Positions 26,284 through 32,000 of a DNA stretch of 32,000 nt are shown here, piece by piece. The translations under genes were made by a program, and so were the position numbers. The notes under the pieces were generated by a model that made no database searches, was not told where the DNA came from, and worked only from the letters and a program-made list of their open reading frames with translations. Every line of letters begins with the position of its first letter. The stretch's first letter is position 1. Source of the stretch: Microcystis aeruginosa NIES-2549 (GTDB lineage: Bacteria; Cyanobacteriota; Cyanobacteriia; Cyanobacteriales; Microcystaceae); contig NZ_CP011304.1 in NCBI RefSeq assembly GCF_000981785.2, forward strand, positions 3,180,001 to 3,212,000. Direction: 5' to 3'.

Positions 26284-28098
26284 TTAGGCGACATTACCAG
26301 CTGTGTCCGTAATAATTTGACGTACTTGAGCATCGGTCAGATTCGGATTGGCACTCAACATTAAGGCTACCACTCCAGCCACATGGGGTGCTGCCATGGA
26401 GGTTCCACTCAAGAAACCATAGCCACCATTAGGGAGAGTAGAATACACTTGTACGCCTGGAGCGGTGACATACCGCATCGAAGAATTGGAGCCAGCACGA
26501 TTGGAGAAGGAAGCCATCTGGTTAGAACTATCAACGGCACCTACGGCAAGACCCCAAGAGGTGGCACTGGAAGCGGGATAACCGGGTTGAGCTGCCCCCT
26601 CATTACCGGCGGCCATAACTACGATAACACCGCTACTGCTGGCATACTGGAGGGCCGATTGAACTGCACTGTCAGTGCTACCACCACCCAAACTCATATT
26701 AATCACATCGGCACCGTTGTCCACGGCGTAGCGAATTCCTTGGGCAACGCCACTATAGCTGCCACTACCAGAATCGTCCAAAACTTTCACTGGCATAATT
26801 CTGGAATTGTAGGCCACACCAGTGGCCCCGAAACCATTATTACCGGCAGCAATAGTTCCCGCCACATGAGTACCATGGCTGTTGCCATCTAAAGTGTTAT
26901 TATTGCCATTGGCAAAGTTCCAGCCATAAACGTCATCAACGTAACCGTTGCCATCGTTATCAAGACCATCATTGGCAATTTCGCCCGCATTCGTCCAAAT
27001 ATTGCCCGCTAAGTCGGCATGATTGCGGTCAACTCCTGTATCTAGTACAGCAACGACTACTCCTTGTCCTGTATAACCTCTTGCCCAAGCTTCCGGAGCA
27101 TTAACTAAGTTAACCCCCCAGTCATTAGCACCACCAAAAGTGGGAACATCGGCAAAAGGACTTTCATTCAAGGCTCCGGCGACGGCTGCTGCGGCATTAA
27201 CTAAACCGTATCCTGAAATGGCACTATATCCGGGTGCAACTGTGGCTGTGGTCGCCGACAGGGCTAAGTTATAGTTAGTGCTGCCACTGTAGGGATATAC
27301 CTGGACAAAGTAAGTACCCGCACTGAGTTGACGAGTAATACTCTCACTGCTGTTACTGCTATTAGTTGAGCTAGTAATCACACTGCCATTACTATCTAAT
27401 AAGGACACATCGGCATCGTCACTTAATCCCGTTAAATTCAGGCTAAAGTCGCTAGTGGTTCCTAAACTAAAACGATAGTAATCATTGGTGTCTGTAGAAC
27501 CAACAAAATCACTGTAGCTGGTGGGAGTTGCTCCAATGGTGATATCACGGGCCGTTGCTAAGGTATTGCCGGCGTTGTCAGGAATCGCTAGAGGAGCGGC
27601 AGCTAAACTTAAGTTATAGTTAGTGCTGCCTCTGTAAGGATAAACCCGGACATAGTAAGTACCCGCATTGAGTTGACGAGTAATACTCTCACTGCTGTTA
27701 TTGTTATTAGTCGATTTAGTAATCACACGGCCATTACTATTTAACAAGGACACATCAGCATCGGCACTTAATCCCGTTAAATTCAGGCTAAAGTTGCTGG
27801 TGTCTCCTAAACTAAAACGATAGTAATCATTGGTGTCTGTAGAACCAACGAAATCGCTGTAGGTGGTGGGAGTCGCTCCAATGGTGATATCACGGGCCGT
27901 TGTTAAGGTATTGCCAGCGTTATCTAAGGTAGTAAGATCAAGGCTCGCTACTTCTTCTTTGAAAAGAGACGTGGCTCGATTAGTGGCTATGGTGGGAAAA
28001 ATTGATGAGTTATTCCCCGCTAAAAATTTCTCAAAACCTGAGGAATCTAGACCATCTATATAGTTATAGATGTCGTTGGCGGCAAAGTTATCTATCAT
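26284..28098 (-). CDS. S8 (subtilisin-like) serine peptidase with two tandem N-terminal PPC/beta-sandwich-like repeats
   Basis: 604-aa ORF. The catalytic triad contexts are VAVLDTGVD (Asp), HGTHVAGTIAA (His) and GTSMAAPHVAG (Ser). Two 115-aa repeats are present (DNAGNTL.TARDITIGATPT.YSDFVGSTDTNDYYRFSL...GTY.V.VYPY.GSTNYNL). Confidence 0.9.
   Translation of the reverse strand: MIDNFAANDIYNYIDGLDSSGFEKFLAGNNSSIFPTIATNRATSLFKEEVASLDLTTLDNAGNTLTTARDITIGATPTTYSDFVGSTDTNDYYRFSLGDTSNFSLNLTGLSADADVSLLNSNGRVITKSTNNNNSSESITRQLNAGTYYVRVYPYRGSTNYNLSLAAAPLAIPDNAGNTLATARDITIGATPTSYSDFVGSTDTNDYYRFSLGTTSDFSLNLTGLSDDADVSLLDSNGSVITSSTNSSNSSESITRQLSAGTYFVQVYPYSGSTNYNLALSATTATVAPGYSAISGYGLVNAAAAVAGALNESPFADVPTFGGANDWGVNLVNAPEAWARGYTGQGVVVAVLDTGVDRNHADLAGNIWTNAGEIANDGLDNDGNGYVDDVYGWNFANGNNNTLDGNSHGTHVAGTIAAGNNGFGATGVAYNSRIMPVKVLDDSGSGSYSGVAQGIRYAVDNGADVINMSLGGGSTDSAVQSALQYASSSGVIVVMAAGNEGAAQPGYPASSATSWGLAVGAVDSSNQMASFSNRAGSNSSMRYVTAPGVQVYSTLPNGGYGFLSGTSMAAPHVAGVVALMLSANPNLTDAQVRQIITDTAGNVA
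27266..27955 (-). repeat. Intragenic tandem duplication, 2 x 345 bp
   Basis: The copies are 27266-27610 and 27611-27955 and are roughly 90 percent identical by eye over the first ~310 nt. Both begin aagttatagttagtgctgcc. The period of 345 nt equals 115 codons. Confidence 0.9.
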
Positions 28099-28295
28099 GG
28101 TGTTCCGGTCGTTTTTTAGTGGTTAGATGGCTGAGAAAACAATCAAGAATATCTGATCACAAAGGCAATATTGGCCAGCTTTTGGGTAAGCATCCAAAAG
28201 GTTAGCGCAATTTAAATCTGGATTCCACCACACTCTGATCCTATTCCAGAGAATACCTTGAATGGGGTTCGATAGTCAAGATATTTTCGGGGACG

Positions 28296-28335
28296 TATGA
28301 ATTACAAATTCTGAATTAGGAAGTGGGTAGTGGGG
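28296..28335. repeat. Direct repeat copy 1 (tatgaattacaaattctgaattaggaagtgggtagtgggg)
   Basis: It matches the copy at 28619-28666 apart from small indels and substitutions. Confidence 0.7.
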
Positions 28336-28466
28336 TGATAAAATTATGAATCATAAGTTATAATGGACATTCCGCACATCTTCCTATACTTTTATATATT
28401 TTTACATTACCCAAGATATTTTGACGAAAAACCTTGATTGTAGAAACCACTATTGAGAACATTTTC

Positions 28467-28503
28467 AATAATTGATTTTTTCTCTCAGAAAAAATCAATT
28501 ATT
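28467..28503. repeat. Perfect 15-bp A/T-rich inverted repeat with a 7-nt loop
   Basis: aataattgatttttt (28467-28481) - ctctcag - aaaaaatcaattatt (28489-28503). Confidence 0.85.
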
Positions 28504-28618
28504 CACCTTGATAAAAATCCGTCATTGTAGCTATAGTCCCTACGGGCAAGGGATTGTCAGCAATATATTAGTAAAAATTATCAATTGAATGTTAAGAAGT
28601 GCGGAAAGTGGGATAAAT

Positions 28619-28666
28619 TATGAATTACAAATTATGAATCATGAATTATGAAGTGGGCAGATGGGG
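28619..28666. repeat. Direct repeat copy 2, with heptamer periodicity
   Basis: tatgaattacaaattatgaatcatgaattatgaagtgggcagatgggg. It reads as ATTATGA-like heptamers (attatga attacaa attatga atcatga attatga) running into gagaagg gagcagg gag. Confidence 0.7.
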
Positions 28667-28834
28667 AGAAGGGAGCAGGGAGAAAAAAGCGTTCGTGTTA
28701 GTGAGCTTGTCGAACTACTGAGCTTGTGCCGAAGTCTGACAGCTAACGAATGTTACGATTGTTACAACATCTTGACATTAATTCTGATACCCTGACAATG
28801 TGTCAATCTGTGCAGTAATGGGGCGGAAACTCAG

Positions 28835-29623
28835 GTGGTATCGATCCTTATTTCTATTGTTGAGGGCAACCCGCACTTGCGATCGCTATTAGCTTGGCAT
28901 CTGCAACAGGCTGGTTATTTGGTCAATCAATCGGCAACCCTGCAAAGTGCGCGTCAAACTTTCCTTCATCGTCAACCAACCTTAGCAATTATCGATTCCG
29001 ACTTGCCAGATGGGGATGGAATCGAACTGTGCCGTTGGCTTTATCAACAAAAACAGTCTTTAATACTGATTCTCTCGGCCCGCAATAGCGAAAAAGATGT
29101 GGTCAATGGTTTAAAAGCAGGGGCCGACGACTACCTGAGAAAGCCCTTTGGAATGCAAGAATTTATGGCTAGGGTAGAAGTGTTAACCCGTCGTTTAGGC
29201 AGTAGGGCTGCTCCTCTACACTTGGATTATGGAGAATTAAAAATAGATTTAGCCCAACGACGGGTACAATTTCGCGGGGAATATATCGAATTAACCCCCC
29301 AAGAATTTAGCCTACTCTACGTTTTAGCCCAAGCGGAGGGAACACCCCTATCAAGAGCCGATTTACTGCGTCGCGCTTGGCCCGAGGAAATCGATAATCC
29401 CCGGACAATAGATACTCATGTTCTCTCTCTGCGGAAAAAAATCGAAACCGATCCCAGGCAACCTAATTTAATTCAAACCGTCCGCAACGTCGGCTATCGT
29501 TTCAATTTAGAAATGTTGGCCGAGATCAATTCAGCTTTAGAAGCTAATATTATTGCCTCCACCAAAGGCAATCATAACGGCCATTCCATGAGTAAAATCC
29601 CCGCTCACAATGTTAGTCGTTAA
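28835..29623 (+). CDS. OmpR/PhoB-family response regulator (receiver + winged-helix DNA-binding domain)
   Basis: 262-aa ORF with a GTG start. The REC domain shows LAIIDSDLPDGDG, ILILSAR and RKPF. The winged-helix domain shows LTPQEFSLLYVLA, TIDTHVLSLRKKIE and VRNVGYRF. The beta1 acidic pair is replaced by VEGN. Confidence 0.9.
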   Translation: MVSILISIVEGNPHLRSLLAWHLQQAGYLVNQSATLQSARQTFLHRQPTLAIIDSDLPDGDGIELCRWLYQQKQSLILILSARNSEKDVVNGLKAGADDYLRKPFGMQEFMARVEVLTRRLGSRAAPLHLDYGELKIDLAQRRVQFRGEYIELTPQEFSLLYVLAQAEGTPLSRADLLRRAWPEEIDNPRTIDTHVLSLRKKIETDPRQPNLIQTVRNVGYRFNLEMLAEINSALEANIIASTKGNHNGHSMSKIPAHNVSR

Positions 29624-29664
29624 TTCTGGCTTTGTCCGACCGATTAGCAGATTTTTGGCTGAAA

Positions 29665-29700
29665 TCGTCTCCTAACCACTGAATCGAAGCGAGGAGACGA
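29665..29700. terminator. Stem-loop between the convergent response regulator and ftsH genes
   Basis: tcgtctcct (29665-29673) pairs with aggagacga (29692-29700), a 9-bp perfect stem with an 18-nt loop. No clear U-tract lies on either side. Confidence 0.3.
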
Positions 29701-29708
29701 AGGGCAAG

Positions 29709-31604
29709 TTAAACCGTAGTCACCATTGACCGAGCCGCTTGTCGCTGAAATTCCGTCAATAAACGCCGGAATTCGTCACCGTCAATGGTTTCCTGTTCAA
29801 TCAGTATATCCACCAAGCGATCGATCGCCACACGATTGTCAAGGATAAGTTTTGTTGCTAAATCGTGGCATTGCTTGACAAGTTCCCGCACTTGTGCATC
29901 AATTTTCGCCATCATCGCGAAAGAATGGTCGGCATGATAACCAGCGCCAGCACCACCGAGATAGGAATTACCATCCTCCTCTAGGGCAATCAATCCCAAT
30001 TCCGACATTCCCAGACGCGTTACCATCTGTCGGGCCAGATAGGTAATTTTTTCAATATCATTACCAGCACCGGTGGTCACTTCATCCTCACCGAAGACAC
30101 ATTCCTCCGCCACCCGTCCCCCTAATAATCCCGCAATTCGGGCCAATAACTGGGAACGACTGGTTAAACCCTGTTCCTCATCGGGAGTGAACCAAGTTAA
30201 CCCCTGCGCTTGACCTCGGGGAATCAGGGTAACTTTTTCCACTTGATCGTGACCGGGACAGAGAGTACCGACAATCGCATGGCCGACTTCATGATAGGCG
30301 ATCAAACGCTTGGCTTTACTATCAACTAAAGCGCGCCCTTCCATACCGGCCACAATCCGATCAATCGCATCGTTGACTTCCTCCATGGTAATCGCCTCTT
30401 TCCGTCTTCTAGCGGTAAAAATCGCTGCTTCGTTGAGCATATTAGCCAAATCTGCCCCAGTAAAACCGGGGGTGCGACGGGCGATCGCCTCCAAAGCCAC
30501 ATCGGCAGCCACCTTTTTATCGCGAGAATGGACCTCTAAAATGCCCAAACGTCCCTTAAAATCTGGATAATCCACCACCACCTGTCGGTCAAAACGACCC
30601 GGACGCAGCAAGGCCGAATCCAAAACATCAGGCCTGTTGGTGGCGGCAATGACGATAATGCCAGTATTTCCCTCAAAACCGTCCATTTCCGTCAATAATT
30701 GGTTCAGGGTTTGTTCCCGTTCATCATTACCTCCCCCATAACCGATCCCTCTTTGACGACCAACGGCATCAATTTCATCGATAAAAACCAAACAAGGGGC
30801 ATTTTCCTGGGCTTTTCGGAACAAATCTCGCACTCGCGACGCACCAACCCCGACAAACATCTCGACAAATTCCGACCCGGAGATGCTGAAAAAAGGCACT
30901 CCCGCCTCTCCTGCGATCGCTTTAGCCAGCAAAGTTTTCCCCGTCCCCGGGGGACCAATTAACAGGACTCCCTTGGGGATTTTTGCGCCAATAGCCGTAA
31001 ATTTTTCCGGTTGTTTGAGGAATGTTACTACTTCCTGTAGATCTTCCTTGGCCTCATCCACACCCTCCACATCATTGAATTGTATGCCAGTTTTCGCCTC
31101 CATCTGAAACCGCGCCCTTGATTTACCGAAGTTCATCGCTTGACCGGAAGCATTGGCAGAACGACGGATAATAAACACCAATAATCCCAAGACGAGAATA
31201 ATCACTAACAGGTTAGTGAGAACATTGATCAAGGCCGAATTGTCAGTGCTGGGGAGAATGCCGTACTCAATTTTTTCAGCATCGAGTTTCTTGATTAATT
31301 CGGGATTTTGGTCAAATAAATTGACTTCTTTCGGGGGATCCTTATCCGTTTGACCGACGAGGGTAACTGCTGCCTGCTGCAAAGAAGGATTGATTTCCAC
31401 CTTTTTTACCTTGCCTTGGTCAATCTTCTCTAACAATTCACCGTAGGTGAGGGTATTTGGGTTTTTTTGACTCCAAGCAGGAGTGACATGGCCAAAGGTT
31501 TGCAGAATCATCCAAGTGCTGACAATCCCTTTCCATACTTGCCGATTACCACGATTCTTAGCTGACTTGGCTCTAACTACGATGAGCGGAGATTTTTGAT
31601 CCAT
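29709..31604 (-). CDS. ftsH: ATP-dependent zinc metalloprotease FtsH
   Basis: 631-aa ORF. It has Walker [24 protein letters not shown], Walker [10 protein letters not shown], the second region of homology [20 protein letters not shown], the zinc motif HEVGHAIVG, and two N-terminal TM segments. Confidence 0.95.
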   Translation of the reverse strand: MDQKSPLIVVRAKSAKNRGNRQVWKGIVSTWMILQTFGHVTPAWSQKNPNTLTYGELLEKIDQGKVKKVEINPSLQQAAVTLVGQTDKDPPKEVNLFDQNPELIKKLDAEKIEYGILPSTDNSALINVLTNLLVIILVLGLLVFIIRRSANASGQAMNFGKSRARFQMEAKTGIQFNDVEGVDEAKEDLQEVVTFLKQPEKFTAIGAKIPKGVLLIGPPGTGKTLLAKAIAGEAGVPFFSISGSEFVEMFVGVGASRVRDLFRKAQENAPCLVFIDEIDAVGRQRGIGYGGGNDEREQTLNQLLTEMDGFEGNTGIIVIAATNRPDVLDSALLRPGRFDRQVVVDYPDFKGRLGILEVHSRDKKVAADVALEAIARRTPGFTGADLANMLNEAAIFTARRRKEAITMEEVNDAIDRIVAGMEGRALVDSKAKRLIAYHEVGHAIVGTLCPGHDQVEKVTLIPRGQAQGLTWFTPDEEQGLTSRSQLLARIAGLLGGRVAEECVFGEDEVTTGAGNDIEKITYLARQMVTRLGMSELGLIALEEDGNSYLGGAGAGYHADHSFAMMAKIDAQVRELVKQCHDLATKLILDNRVAIDRLVDILIEQETIDGDEFRRLLTEFQRQAARSMVTTV

Positions 31605-31719
31605 AATTGACTCTATATCTAGTTACCCTGTATTCATTGTGACAGATCGACTCGATCGTGACCACTGTTCTGTTTTTGCCCCGGCACGACCCTGAGGGCA
31701 AATAGTGATGACGGTTTTT

Positions 31720-31728
31720 TGCTATACT
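31720..31728 (+). promoter_or_regulatory. Extended -10 promoter element TGcTATACT
   Basis: tgctatact lies at 31720-31728 in the divergent ftsH/rimP spacer. There is no good -35 box, which is consistent with an extended -10 promoter. Confidence 0.3.
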
Positions 31729-31783
31729 GTATTCAGCTAGGTGGTCTAACCACTGCCTATCCCAATCACTAACAGTTTAGGGA

Positions 31784-31807
31784 AGTGGGTTTCGCCCGCT
31801 TTTTTTA
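31784..31807 (+). terminator. Intrinsic-terminator-like hairpin plus T6, 12 nt upstream of the rimP ATG
   Basis: agtggg-tttcg-cccgct forms a 6-bp stem including one G-U pair (31784-31800). It is followed by tttttt (31801-31806). Confidence 0.4.
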
Positions 31808-31818
31808 TTGTCCAAATC

Positions 31819-32000
31819 ATGACCCATCCGCTCATTCCCGACCTGCTGCACCTAGCCACCCCTATCGCTGAAAACTTGGGGCTAGAAGTGGTCGATATCG
31901 TTTTTCAAACCAATAAAAGGCCTCCCGTCCTGCGCGTCGATATTCGCAATCTTGCGGGAGATACTGGTTTAGAGGACTGTGAGCAGATGAGTCGGGCCCT
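31819..32000 (+). CDS. rimP: Ribosome maturation factor RimP (5' part; continues beyond the right window edge)
   Basis: My translation from the ATG at 31819 is [60 protein letters not shown]. It follows the RimP N-terminal pattern (A.P.AE.LG.E.V....LRV.ID....I.L.DCE..SR). Confidence 0.8.
   Translation, partial: MTHPLIPDLLHLATPIAENLGLEVVDIVFQTNKRPPVLRVDIRNLAGDTGLEDCEQMSRA

Noticed and set aside
26383-28205. ORFs 26383-26892(+), 27863-28063(+) and 28002-28205(+)
   Set aside because: They are antisense to the S8 protease gene. Their Gly/Thr/Ser-rich translations mirror the protease's codon composition.
28894-31353. ORFs 28894-29088(+), 30310-30570(+), 30699-30962(+), 30704-30958(-), 30883-31107(+) and 31153-31353(+)
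   Set aside because: These are alternative-frame or antisense ORFs within the response regulator and ftsH, both of which are unambiguous.
1-32000. Search for transposases, IS ends, integrases, phage genes, toxin-antitoxin pairs and RiPP/NRPS/PKS genes
   Set aside because: None of the ORFs shows DDE/HUH/tyrosine-recombinase, capsid/terminase or biosynthetic-megasynthase motifs that I can recognise. The only mobile-like signals are the small palindromic or MITE-like repeats listed above.

Overview
This is a cyanobacterial chromosomal window, probably Microcystis-like. I found at least 18 copies of the HIP1 octamer GCGATCGC by eye, against about 0.5 expected by chance. There are also heptanucleotide tandem arrays and several photosystem-II-associated genes. 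I support about 30 protein-coding genes. Most are housekeeping: trpS, pyrC, gdhA, ftsH, rimP, maf, ureG, a PsbP-like gene, an S4-domain protein, two-component regulators, glycosyltransferases and an AtzE-like amidase with its small partner. I found no rRNA, tRNA, CRISPR array or transposase. Two AT-rich stretches without HIP1 sites look accessory. The first (13144-14780) is a compact convergent type II restriction-modification pair. The second (16088-20151) holds a GT39 glycosyltransferase, a Uma2 nuclease-fold gene and a 690-aa SAM-methyltransferase-like protein. That protein's catalytic core is bracketed by two copies of the same ~75-aa module, and no phosphorothioation (dnd) genes are nearby. 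The methyltransferase/Uma2 pair is my best candidate for an undescribed DNA-modification or defence-type module, but the link is inferred from adjacency alone. Other points worth a second look: (A/G)TAACTG heptamer arrays that abut two start codons; a coiled-coil gene built from in-frame 21-bp repeats; an S8 protease with a recently duplicated N-terminal domain and no signal peptide; a promoter-plus-terminator cassette just upstream of rimP; an NtcA-type palindrome upstream of gdhA; and composite palindromic repeats in two long spacers. All family assignments rest on motifs I recognise by eye. No database search was run.
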